From NCBI GenBank assembly GCA_051294905.1, contig CM119372.1, positions 7,504,001 to 7,564,000 on the forward strand: a DNA stretch of 60,000 nucleotides. Direction: 5' to 3'. This DNA is from Botryllus schlosseri. Its lineage: Eukaryota. A program made the translations under genes and the position numbers. Position 1 is the first letter of the stretch; each line of letters starts with the position of its first letter. Under the pieces are notes generated by a model. It made no database searches. It had not been told where the DNA came from and worked only from the letters and a program-made list of their open reading frames with translations. Below are positions 36,192-48,500 of the stretch, one piece after another.

Positions 36192-38792
36192 TAGGGTTAG
36201 TTCGGATATCAATAATTTTCGCTATCCGGATAACGGATATATCCGGATATTTTGGAATTTATCTAACCGGTTAACCGGATAATAACTGCTAAGTGAGACA
36301 ATCGATTTCATTAGGTCTGCATGTAAAACGGATCGCAAAATCATTACACAGTGTTATTGTAGAGTACCTACCTACGCGCGCAGTATGAGCGAATACGATA
36401 AAAAACACGCAAATTTAATGTTCACTGCTTCTGCAATGCCCTCTTTATAAAGCACAGATGCATCAATTGTGGGATCCTGTAGCCGGGACCGGAATTTTTT
36501 AACAAAGAGTCCACGTTCATTGAATGCTTTTTCAGCTTCCACAGAAGTGGGCTGAATAGAAAGCAGCGCTTCGTAGAGAGTCAAAAGGTTGGCAGGTCGT
36601 ACGCCGGAAACTTCAACGGCTTTACATCCTTTTGACCATCCTTATGTTTAGGTTTGGAGTACTAGAAGGACGACTAGCTGATACTGGAATTGATGCCGAC
36701 ATGATACCTCGCTCTAATTCACGTGATCAGGCACGCAGCCAGCCGAAAATGTAGGGGGATTGAAATAAAATCAGGGGGTTTCGATTTTTTTTTTCGAATC
36801 ATCAGCGGAAATCAATTACGCTTGCACGCACGCACATTTTTGCGAACATTCCATGTCATTCAGTTTCGCGGTGTCACTCTCAGAATCACTAATTAGAATA
36901 CACTTAACGGCATATCGTCAACAAGCCATCGAGAGATAGGAGCCAATGCATGCTGGGTCCGAGATGGTTAGGCCAGCGATTATATCGTTCGTAGGCCTAT
37001 TGGAGATGCGATTGTGTAGGTCAACGATAATATCGTGAGCACCAAGCCAATGAAGATGCGATTGTGCAGGCCAGCGATGGAATAGTGTGTACACTGCACA
37101 TGGCCTATTGCAGATGCGATTCTTCAATCCAGTGGAACTATCGGCTTGTTGAAGACGCGATAAATCAGGCCATAGACGATAGCCGAGCGCGCGGCAATCA
37201 ATGACCTAATTTAACGATCTTCTCAGCAGGCGATCGCGTCACATTACATTGTGCAATGCGTACAGAAGCATCTCGCTAATTGGCAACACGCTTCTCGTTA
37301 ATCGGCCGCGCCAACATTGAATACGACTTATTGAAGCTTACTAAAACGTGTAAAATGCATTAGCAACGATTCTTTTTTATCCGGTTAACCGGCAGTAAAA
37401 TATCCGGATATCAGATAGTGAAAATACCTTCGGTTAACCCAGTGGTTCCCAACGTGGGCGATATCGCCCCCCAGGGGGCGATTTGTCGGTCCAGGGGGGC
37501 GAAAATAGCCAAGGGGGCGATAGGGGGGCGAAAACGGACGAAGGGGGCGATAGGGGGGCGATGGCGCGTTGAAATGGCTACATTGGCGTCCATGACGGTA
37601 ACTGCCACACCCAAGCCCCCAATTGAGATGGGGGGCCCGAACTCTAAGGGGGCCCACAATTTGTCGTGAATTAGCATTAATTATAGAGCATTATTTTGAA
37701 AATTTAGGTCACTTTTTCAAAAAAATTTCGCGCTGCGCGCCATTTCGTGGTCGCATTTTTCTTGCTTGTTGGATACCCTTCCTCCAAGAAATAATACGCA
37801 TGAGGTATAGAAATGGGCATCTCGGCGTCAGCCATTATCCCACCATGACGCACCAAGACATATGAAGTTTCAGGCCATGTTACATGCCCCTCCGAGAAGT
37901 GCGACGGAACGAGAAAACCTTGGCGGAAAAGGACTGCCTTTATGCTGACCGACTTCGATATATACGGTATACGATATGCATATATATTTAATTGTCTATA
38001 GGCACCTAAATGGCTGGCTCCAAATGTTTCTGTCCTGTCCAATCAGAACCCCACTAAAATATGCCATCTCGCAGAGAAAAATTAATTACCATAGTGCTTA
38101 AATACCAATTTGAAATCGTGGGCGTCTTTTAGTTTAGTACGTATGGCCGATTTGAATATCTTTAGACATAGCAGACAGGCCACGAAATGTCATTGCGTCG
38201 CGAAGTCATTATACCCACGGGCCCTACATTTTCCAAGACACGTCGCTCAGCTTCACCGGTAAATCTGAATACATGATCAGAGAGAGGAGGAAAAATTGAC
38301 AGCAATATTTATGCAATTCCCCATCATATTGATCGATTTAATCATGAATAATAGAAATTTTCGCGAATTAAGCTGGCTATAACTAAACAATTTGTGCTGA
38401 GAAGTAGCAGTAAAGAGGTATCGGGAGAGTTGGGTCTCAGGGGTGCAGAAGTTTGATTTATCGCCCTATAGAGGGGGTCAAGACCAACGTATTGGGGGGG
38501 GGTTGACGAAGTGTTGTTACGGTCCTTTGGCAATCAAGTCGGAGAAATCCCCTTTTTTGTCAGTCAACTCACCAAAATTTAGCTGGAAAAGTTTATTTTC
38601 TAGGTCGAGCCGAAAAGTTGACCTTTTTTCTTAGTCAGCTCGCCGGTGATTTCAGTTTGTATGCCCATTTTTCTGTTCCCAATATTTGGGGGGCGATGAT
38701 CGGTGTGGAGTTTGAAAAGGGGGCGATGAGTCGAAAAAGGTTGGGAACCACTGGGTTAACCGATTAACCGTTATCCAGATAATCCAACCCTA
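36192..38792 (-). mobile_element. hAT deletion derivative retaining the transposase dimerisation-domain remnant
   Basis: TIR TAGGGTT...AACCCTA with perfect TSD GCCGGGAT and atccgg/taaccg subrepeats. 36372-36584(-) reads LYEALLSIQPTSVEAEKAF...FRSRLQDPTIDA, the hAT C-terminal motif. Confidence 0.9.
37440..38753. mobile_element. Charlie-like hAT MITE with gggggcga subrepeats, itself carrying an insertion
   Basis: TIR CAGTGGTTCCCAAC...GTTGGGAACCACTG with perfect TSD GGTTAACC. Confidence 0.92.
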
Positions 38793-38798
38793 GCCGGG

Positions 38799-39894
38799 AT
38801 GTCGCAAATCACGAGAATACCCTGCATCAGGGCGAAAAGATTTTCATCGGAAGAACTTATGACCTTGGTGACGGCAGTTAAAATGGAGAAAAAATTCATT
38901 CTGGGCCCATCTTCTGCAGCCGTGGATTATCATTCCAAAAATCAAGCATGGCTGCGAGTCACAGCTAAGGTACCAGTAATGATAATTTCGCATAGCATTT
39001 GGCATTCTGACTGATCTCACACATCCATCGGCTTCCTTAAGGTGAATGCAGTCAACGTGTCAGGCACTATTAGAACTGTCGACAAAGTTATAAAGAGATG
39101 GCGCGACTTGAAATTGACGGCCAAGGCCAAGGTTTCGAGGCATCTCAAAGAGGCAAAGAAAACGGGAGGTGGAACCAACGAATCGCCGACTCCATCCCAA
39201 ATAGATTTCGCTACGATAGCTGTGATCGGGATGGAGTCGGTAGTTGGAATCCCCGGTGTGGCGGACATTCCTTGGCTAGGTAATAATTCTTCTATTTTCA
39301 TGACTGTGAGCAAAGACCTTCAGCTAATTTATGGTGTTTCATCGTGCTCTTCATATTTCAGACTCAGTTCATCTAGCAGATGTATCGGTTACATCTAATG
39401 ACGAGACTGACCTCGACGCGATCCAGCTGCAGCCGTTTGAAACCTCACAAGAACAGAATGTGGGCCAAGGTAGCTTTATTTGTCCAATGTCCTGTCCATA
39501 CTAGGCTTGATACCATAACTGTGTGTATTACGCATATATAGCCATTAGTCTGAACGTGTAGTGTATAGATATGGCTAGGCATTAGCTGAGAATATGTCAT
39601 CCAACAATGATGGTTGTCCTTGAATTTACAGGCGCCGAGAAATCATTGCAATCTTGCGATGAAGGCTGCAGCAATACATCGTTAAACGAGTGTACAACTG
39701 ACTCTGTCAATGCGACATATTCAGCCTCTCGAAGCGCGGGGATGAATCGACGCAAGAGGAAGCGAGAAGACACTGAAGAAATGGTGGAGATACAGCGTAG
39801 CATTAGAGATCTACTTGCTCAAATGGTGGAGAATCAACAAAAGTTCTTGGAGATCTTTAGCGAGCGTGTTGCTCTTTCGGCACCGTCGACATGA
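38799..39894 (+). CDS. Harbinger-associated Myb/SANT-like DNA-binding protein, 4 exons
   Basis: Exons 38799-38969, 39042-39279, 39362-39469, 39632-39894. Peptide RAKRFSSEELMTLV...KNQAWLRVTAKVNAV...RTVDKVIKRWRDLK...KKTGGG, with a C-terminal coiled coil. Start codon uncertain. Confidence 0.85.
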
Positions 39895-40088
39895 ATTGCG
39901 CTACATTTTATTCTATCTGTGATCGATGCAATTACACGGACACATTCCATTTCTGTATGACAAGCTTATTATGTTAGGTAAGGATAGGTTCACTAAGCCT
40001 ACCGCGAACCGTCAACACCATTGACTTGCATGTAACGATAAAATAACGAAATGAATGGTGAGCAATAGAACGTTGCGAATGAGGTCGA

Positions 40089-40646
40089 CTACTCGGTTCC
40101 CAGCATATTGGCGATTCTGTCACGCAATGCGATTGCGGTGGCAGATGCACCCAAGATGATGCCATCTTGATCCTCTTCAGTTTCAATGACTGGGTTGCAA
40201 TTTAGCAGCGGCACGTTGTTTCTGCGGCAGATGTTGTGCAGGATAGCGCAGCACACAAAAATCTTACAAACTTTCGTCGGTGAGTAACATAGATGACCCC
40301 CCGTTGCATCGAGTATCCTCCATCTCTGCTTCAGTACTCCAAAAGCTCTGTTCAATGAATATATATAGCCTACGTAAGGGTCTTTCTTTACATATGCTAA
40401 TATAATAACTTACCTTTCCACTACCGATCGCGTTTTCTTGTGAACCGAGTTGAATTTTTCTTGGTTTGGGTTAGACCAGTGGTTCCCAACGTGGGCGATA
40501 TCGCCCCCCAGGGGGCGATTTGGCGATCTAGGGGGGCGAAAATGACGAAGGGGGCGATAGGGGGGCGAAAATGGACTAAGGGGGCGACGGGGGGCGAAAA
40601 TAGCGAAGGGGGCGATAGGGGGGCGATGACGCGTCAAAACGGCTGA

Positions 40647-40681
<35 letters not shown>

Positions 40682-41655
40682 TCATCCACCTAGCAATTCG
40701 GAGAGAAAAAAACGTTATTTTCAGCACTGAGCGGAGAAAGATGACCTTTTTTTTTTATTTTTTTTAGTCAACCCGCCGGTGATTACAGTTTGTATGCCGA
40801 ATTATCGGTGCACAAAATTTGGGGGGCGATGATCGGTGTTGACCTTGAAAAGGGGGCGATGGGTCGAAAAAGGTTGGGAACCACTGCGGTTTGGAGTAAG
40901 GGGTCAGAAGCCAATTTTTTAGTGGATAGCCACTATCACCAAGCAGCAATGACGGTGCAAACTCTCCAGACTCGAATCGATCATATAATGTTGATTGAGT
41001 GAGGATGAAAGAGTCGTGGGTGGCACCAGGCCATTTCGCACTGATGTCTAGAAATATTAAATCAGAGTCGCAGACTGCCTGTAACGAAAGGTAATAGGAT
41101 TGATATTGTGACAGCATTGAAAAAACGCGGGCAATTTACCTGCACATTAACGGAGTGGTATCCTTTTCTTCCGACATACAGATGCTCGTTTTGAGGAGGA
41201 GCAATGATCGCAATATGAGTGCCATCTATAGCACCGATTACGGTCGGGAAACCGGCTATGTCGCGAAACTTTTCCATAGAAGAACCGGCGTTTTTTGGCA
41301 TGTATATATATTCCGGTGCTTTCTCGCCGAGTGCATCCAAGAATTTGTCAAATATCACACTGACTGCTGGTTGAGAGGCATTGATATAATCCTTTGCGCA
41401 GTTTTGGAAACTGCCTGACGCAAGAAGCTTCAAGCAAATCAATACGCGCTGAGCAGTGGTCAATGGATTCCCCCGTCGCGACTTTGGCTGTAACTTTGCT
41501 CTCAGTGTCCCGATCAACTGAAGAATCAGGTGGCGGGGTAGTCGATATTCGCTAATTAGCATATCATCTGTGAAGTCGTCCAACGGGTTGCGACGAGTTC
41601 GCATAACGACTTTTTGTCGGTTTTGACGTTCCGCCACAAACATATATGCTGCCAT
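40089..41655 (-). pseudogene. HARBI1-like Harbinger DDE transposase, 3 exons, exon 2 interrupted by a MITE
   Basis: Exons 41655-41140, 41078-40414 (MITE at 40477-40886) and 40347-40089. Motifs GAIDGTH, RKGYHSVNVQAVCD, WPGATHDS, LLGDSGY, VVERAFGVLKQRW, CCAILHN. Confidence 0.93.
40477..40886. mobile_element. Charlie-like hAT MITE (family of 37440-38753)
   Basis: TIR CAGTGGTTCCCAAC...GTTGGGAACCACTG; internal poly-T at 40648-40679. Confidence 0.93.
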
Positions 41656-42314
41656 TATGCCCACAACTCGCGAGATGACACCTATATCCAGCTTTCCGCG
41701 ATCAATAATCAAGACGGTAACTTATTGGTGGAAAACGCGCGGATTTGAAGATTTGCGATACCAATTGCCACTCAAAGTGACGCAAACAGACGCAAACTGT
41801 TACGTTTTCTCTCACTTTCTCACTCCTTTCGGTAAACCGATACCGCGCTGCCGAAGAGAGCTGTTTACGGCGTTTTGTAATACCATTTTTACGATTCTCT
41901 CGTTTTACGACGGATCTGGTCAATCCGCGCAGCGGTAACTTGATTTGTAATTCCCCCCCAGAATTCGTAATAACTGGTATCTATCAAATGCTATTGCCGC
42001 ACCGATTCTGAAAACCCGAATATGAACTATCTGAGAGCACTGGACCCTTCCTCCCCCCCCCAAAAAAAAAATCTCCAAGAATGTGAAATTCGGCTTTATT
42101 GCGGACAATGGCAGCGCAGAGAACCGATAGCCAGGTGACGCAGAATCGAATCTGCCTCGCTCACTATTCGCTAACAATCGGACGATCGCAGCACAGTGAA
42201 ACGCGCTATCGATTTCGGAAACCGACAGTGCGAACGAGTTGTAGAGTAGCGACGGCCAATATGTACGGAGCAAATACGGAGCAAATACATTCCCTTTATG
42301 ATGTAGCTGTTATG

Positions 42315-42594
42315 TAGGCTTACCATATTTTGGAAATCCAAAAAGAGGACACTTTTTTAGAAATTCGCAACTTGCTAAACCGGAGTAGAATTCTCAGAAA
42401 ACGGTGAATTTTTCCCACTTTGTGATCGGTTGACTGAAAAAAAAAAAAAAAAAAGGTCATCTTTTCGCTCAGAGTTAAATTCACCGTTTTTGACTCTGAA
42501 ATATCCGCCGGAGCGTCACTTCTGTGCTAATTTGCGGCATATTGCAATTTGCTCTAAATCTGACCTAAATTTTCAAGGACGTATGGTAAGCCTA
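42315..42594. mobile_element. MITE with 8-bp TSD
   Basis: TIR TAGGCTTACCATA...TATGGTAAGCCTA with perfect TSD CTGTTATG. Confidence 0.9.
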
Positions 42595-42669
42595 CTGTTA
42601 TGTATTTTCCATTCATAGCCATGTTAAATCGTGGTATGCGATAGCTACTTACGTATGGCCTGCGTTGTC

Positions 42670-42830
42670 ATTGTTTGTGGTCTTTATAGTGTTGTCGACT
42701 GCAATAAACATTTACAACAGGTCTATATTCTGTTTGATTCCATACCTGCCAACTTGTAGCACGGTCCACTTCTAGGTTTTGTAAGACACCGCTTACATGG
42801 GACAGATGGCGAGGAGTAGCTCATGAATAG
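42670..42830 (-). mobile_element. Truncated, diverged SINE copy (family of 55571-55852)
   Basis: ctgccaacttgtagcacggtccacttctagg...gcgaggag aligns with 49950-50030 and 55660-55740. Confidence 0.7.
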
Positions 42831-43314
42831 CCTGCGTCTGAAGATGACTAATGTGATAAGAAACAGAACGCCAACTCAATCAGGTTTTATATATTTGCGA
42901 ATCTTAATCCACGGAAATCGGCATCCACCATTAAAATCATGAATCTAACCCTGGTTTTCCACAGTCTGGATGATGTATTCAACCGAGTTTGATGTCAGTG
43001 AGTGACATATTTCGTTGTTCTAATACAGTGTCCATTTCAATCTTGTAAAAAAGGAGATTGGACGAGCAAAGGGCAATAAAGACTATAAAACCGAAAATAG
43101 GACCTTAAATAAAATATTTTTTTTTTCGTGTAATCCTTTTCGTTGAGCAATCTGTATTAAAAATTGAATGATTCACTAAAGGAAAAAAATTTAAGCATGC
43201 ATTGTAGAATGTAGAATCGCAACAGCTAACAGGATGCAGAGAAAACGCTCTCGCCTAACCGCTGGTCTTGCTGCTGTTGTTGTTCACATATTTGTGCATT
43301 TTTATCGGGTACTT

Positions 43315-43317
<3 letters not shown>

Positions 43318-43358
<41 letters not shown>
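43318..43358. repeat. (GT)n microsatellite followed by a G run
   Basis: Seen directly, ~20 GT units. Confidence 0.97.
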
Positions 43359-43359
<1 letters not shown>

Positions 43360-45570
43360 AAGGGGGGGGGGGGGAGTCAGTGCCTCACCAGCCATGAACC
43401 TCACCGCATGTCAATGTCAGACACCCACATTGACCTAGCACTGGGAGGTCTAACTCAAATAGCTCACGGGTCGGACCAGTCAACTGCTGATTCCAAAATG
43501 CTACTTCGTACACTTACTTTCACATGTATACTTCATTACCAAGCATTTATATATAGTAGCATATCACATTGTATCACGGATTATAGGAGTTTTATTCTCG
43601 TATATAGCAACACCTTTATTCGCGAACAATGCAATTACCAAAATCCGATGATTGGCAGGTTGAATGATCCGCCAAGACACAGTAGCTCTAACGACATAAT
43701 CAGGGTTTAGTCTTGCGTATGCGTTGTGAGAAATACAAGAGATTTAACTGTAAACGCGGGCGTTGAAATTCGGTTTATTATTATTATATCGCGATTCCTA
43801 TTTCTCCGGGGTCCGGGGACCTTTTGAGTCGGAAGTGACACATCAGTGCGACCACAGATATTTGAAGTATTGTTTCGTGTAACTAGTGTATTCTCCAGGT
43901 AAACTGCATGTAACGGTTCCGCATTGGCGTTTTCGCATCTGTGAATAACTACTTTTTGATCCATTTTCCACAAAATCCACTGTGATCTACTCTGAACTCA
44001 GTGTGCACAATTTCTACCTTCTAGAAATTATGGGTGTCAATGTCGCCGACTTGTTGCTAGTGGTAACTAGAGTGAAACCACAAAACCACAGTCGGGTGGT
44101 TGTAATGTGGCCTATGAACAGTACACGCTCAAACTTTGCTGTCTCGAGGGATTATTTAATGGAAGTATTTCCGACGAATATCTCAATATTTGTTACAAAT
44201 GTGCTGGATAATGTAAGCATTTTTCAATCTACTCATAATTGTTTCGCGGGCCGGATGAAATCGTCTGACTGGCCAGATGCGACCCGTGGGTCGTATGTTT
44301 GACACCCCTGGCCTAGACCGTGTGAATAAGAGGGATGCACACTGGATTTAAGAAATGATAACATAAAAGGAAGCGGCGAAAATGAATGCGTCTAGTCGAC
44401 GTTTCCGCTTTTCAGAGTCAATTCGAAGTTATATCTTTCAATTTCGCTGGGAGCTCTTATTCATCTTTACAACTGAATGCTACCTTAGCGCAATACCGCG
44501 CGTGTTAGGCTACTAATTTTATGGAATTTTCGACAACGCTCATTGTGGCGCGACAAGCTAGACTTGATCGTGTCGTGTTTGTATTATGACGAAACAATTG
44601 AAAAGGAAATTGGTTGATGAGTGCTCTGAAATCGTTTGCTCGGAGTTTGTCCGAAGGAAAGATATTATTGAGAGTAAATTTCTCTTGCGGGTTTTCGGCC
44701 ATCATAATTTGAGTAACTTGGTGTTTCGATTCGGGAGCGCAGGATTTCAGGGGTCTGTTTTATGTAACAGGGTAAAACCACAGACCGGCAGTTTCAGCCA
44801 GATGACTGACTGTACATTGTACAATAGTGTACACTGTACAGTGTACAAAGAGACAATGCCGTGTTCGAAAAAACATAGGCTGCGAGCTCATCTACCCAAG
44901 GCACATTTGTTTTAATCTGCGCTAGGCCATGTTAGCCTTCGTAAATCACACTACTTAAGTACTTATGCATGTGCGTGTGCGGCACGTTGCACTCCGCTGC
45001 TGGTCTAAACGAGCGAATAAGAAAAACCTACCACGTGGAGATACTGTATGAAACCAAAATCTGAATTGTCGCTACAACCGCATTAAAGGCCGAAGGTTGT
45101 TGTCGAACTGTTATCAATGGACGATCTCAGATGACTGGCCTGCAACAACGTAGATTGATTTCGTTGTCAACGGAATGTCCTTCCGATGCGTCCGTCAGAA
45201 GTGACACTTCTGACAATTTGGACAGACAGGAGCTGTAGAAATAACTAGGATATCGGAAGATGAGCCTGTTCTACTCCAAGCGCTTTGACAACCATATAAT
45301 CAAAATAGATGGTGACATTAGTCCCAGTTCATCACATCCATGACAATAAGTAGTGCAACGTTTCTCCGAGAGCATCATATTGTTTTGAGTAATGGTGAAT
45401 CGCTGTACTGCGTAGGCGCAGCATAAGACGTTTACCTAAGCAATTCGTACTCATACTATCAAAACTGCTTATTAAAAGATATCACTAAGCCTCGATCATC
45501 ATATCATTGTATCGCTGGTTTTGCCGTCATATACTATCTAGCGTACGTTACTGAGCAATATTTGACGCAG

Positions 45571-48500
45571 ATGGCAATGGATAGCTGTCACCATTTACTT
45601 GGCAGCGCTGAAGTAATACAACACAATGAAGAGCAAATGCAAGGTATGTGTGACTGTGTAGATAGGCCTACGCTGGTCTTCGCATTGTGAAATATATGAT
45701 CGTTATACTATGTGAAATAGAAATATCAATTCCTCCATTGAGTTCTCTCTGATCCATATTTTGCTTATACTCGATACGCTTTCACGTAGAGGTCCACAGA
45801 GGTCATTTTGAATCTCTTCTGAAAGTGCACTATAAGCGAACTATAAGCTGAGTTAGGTATAACCTGTTCGCATTTGAAAGGGAGAAACATATATACAGTA
45901 ATAATAACGTGTAATCGTGTGTACCTTTATTGTCGGTAATTATATAGCTCTTGTGTTTGGGTCATGGCCATCGAGACTTCGATATCTCCGTCCCCATTGC
46001 TTGACACGCAAGTGACAGACAATTGTGTTCCCATTATATCGACGCCAAAACCGGTTATGTAGTTGAATTGATCGCCGACTCCAGCAAGTTGGTGAAGCCG
46101 TACTAATATATAGCTTATGTCGGTCTATTGCCAACCCGGATTGTACGATCTAACGACAATTTAGTATCTTCTAAGATAATGTTCTTCACGCATGTACGCA
46201 AAATGCCCTCAAATACATAGGATATAACCCAATAAAGTCCTTTTTATGTCTGGTTCAGTTGAATATATCTTAAAACTATTGAAAGCAATAAATAAGATGC
46301 TTCGACTTCTTCTAATCGACCCCGTGATGCCATAAAATGGACGGACTAACGAACTTCACATATTTTGCACATAACAATACGTAAACATCGAATTTGAAGT
46401 CCGGACTGCAGAAATGAGATTCACCAATGTGACGTATTTATGAACCTGGTGTTGGAGCGATTATTTTTCGACGTGTCAAAAAGTTCAAACTCTAAATCTT
46501 GTCAAAATTGTAGCGTTAGGTCTAAGAATTCCCAAAATTGTTTACAAAGTCAAAATATATTTGCAACTGCATTTGTTGGTATCCTGGAAGTTTTCACAAG
46601 CTCACGCCGATATGTCAAATTTAAATCTCAAACTTGACTGCGTGGTGGATATTGCTTCTTATGGCACACTGGTCCACGACGTATAGCTGGTTCGCGAGAT
46701 GTTAACAAAACCCATATTTTGGATCCGGAAATGTGGACACTTTAAAAAAAACATTAAAAAAATTACCGGCTCAACTCCCGACCCAGTTTACAGTCTACTG
46801 TTCAGTGTTCAGTTGTTGACTTAAAAAAGGTAATCTTTCCAGTACTACCGGCACTCGCGATAGACCCGCTCAAACATCAACATTACAGATTTCGCGTTGT
46901 TTCTGTCCATTAGCCTGGCCATCAAAGCTATTAAGGAGGGCGATTTCTCAAAAAGAAGGACTTTTAGGCGTCCTCGGAGGACATTTTCTATTTCCTGAAA
47001 AAGGAGGGCAAGTCCTCCTAAGGAGGACAGGACATACGGTGACCCCAATGTTATTTCTCTATTCTTGCCAAGCTACTTCGTACGGACAGACAGGCCCAAC
47101 CAGAAATGTTGAAAAGTGCTACAGTGGCACAACGTTTAACTTAAATACTTGAAGGCAACATTTTGTATAAATTTAGTTTGTTTTTTTAATGTCAAAAATG
47201 TCATTTTTAGTGCAAAATCTTCCGTTTTTACGTCAAAAAATAATCGCCCTAGTTATCACTTATCGTGCCTATAATTTGACTGAGTGAACGTTTCATATTA
47301 AATCATTACAACTCAGCGGTTGCTAAGATAAGTCTTAAATATTTTACCGAGCTATTATTTTGCTTTATTCATAACGGCGGCTGACAAAATCTGTAGGTTG
47401 CAGGTATACTGTAGGACAGAGGTCTCAAACACGCGGCCCGCGCAAGCATTTTCGATTGTCAAGTATTCGACAATAGTTAACTGTCACATATCTTTTTTAG
47501 ATTTGGGAACTTAAAATTCACTCCAAAACTGCTCCAAAAACCTCAAACTACTCATCAAACTTTAATATCGCAACATTGCCATGCGGTGGAAGATCTGCTA
47601 TTATTAGCCTACGTCACCTTACCTGTTCATGATGATAAAAAATGACCCGTTGATGATTCGTGACGGAAAAGTGTGATTTTGACTGGTGCGCGATCATTCG
47701 TAGAATTACTCGAACTCGGACTGACCGGGATGATAAAATCAAGATGACTCCAGGGGAGTCGGTTCAAACGCTAAAATCAGAGAAGGACTTGTGACTTGGA
47801 ACGCCGTGGTTTCGTAAAGCCATGGATGCAACAAAGGCAATCGAACTGTGTGAGGAATAGTAATAGCCTATATCAAAAGGTCGTAGCGAGCGTTGCGTAG
47901 CGGATTTCACTATATAAGCAGTTCGGTATGACAACCATTCGCATGCTGTTTCCACCCTGATGTATATAGTTAGTTACATCTTGGGTTTCTCTATCCATGT
48001 TATTATCGCCAATTAAAGGTGGCTGTCACCAATTAAAGGGGGCGGGTAACAAAGAGGTAGGCCTACGCTAGACAGACACCGATGGATTGTGAGGCGATAG
48101 GACATTTCATTAGTATGACACATTAATTTTGTATTCCTGTTGCTATTTATCTGTTCCAATATTCGAAGGTAAATCTAACGCTGATTTCATATGACTTTGG
48201 CAATGACATGAGACCAATAGCCTACTTGTCGGGAGTATGCCCGAAACCTGGATTGGACTGCACTGTTCAAATGCTCTGATATCATAGCAATCCTTGGTAA
48301 ATTCCAAAACATTCTTCCTATAATTGATGGCACATCAATTGTCAGCTAACTGCTAAATTGTCACGTGACAGTTTTCACGGTGTCATGATGCATTTTCTCC
48401 TTGCATTGTGTCTGTATCTCATTATGTTGCCAAGTTATGCCAAGTTCAGCAACACTTTTATTCAAATATTAAATATGTGGTAATGTTCATGCCAGGCGTG

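Larger units (their letters stand above)
35904..41958. mobile_element. PIF/Harbinger transposon (convergent Myb/SANT gene and transposase)
   Basis: Two-gene Harbinger layout. Imperfect candidate TIRs GGGGGCCACATTACAAA and TTTGTAATTCCCCCC; TSD not resolved, so boundaries are approximate. Confidence 0.7.
35644..43416. mobile_element. hAT-type non-autonomous element expanded to 7.8 kb by nested insertions
   Basis: TIR CGGTGACGTGCGG...CCGCATGTCAATG with subterminal gtgaggcactg/cagtgcctcac. Perfect 8-bp TSD TCAGACAC (35636-35643, 43417-43424). It splits a LINE-tail fragment whose halves rejoin as atcagacacccacattgacctag. Confidence 0.85.

Noticed and set aside
37385..37677. Pro/Gly-rich ORFs (also 40410-40727)
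   Set aside because: These are translations of the gggggcga MITE subrepeats and the poly-T tract.
43234..43710. 158-aa ORF with CVCVCV
   Set aside because: It reads through a (GT)n microsatellite and transposon ends, with no protein features.
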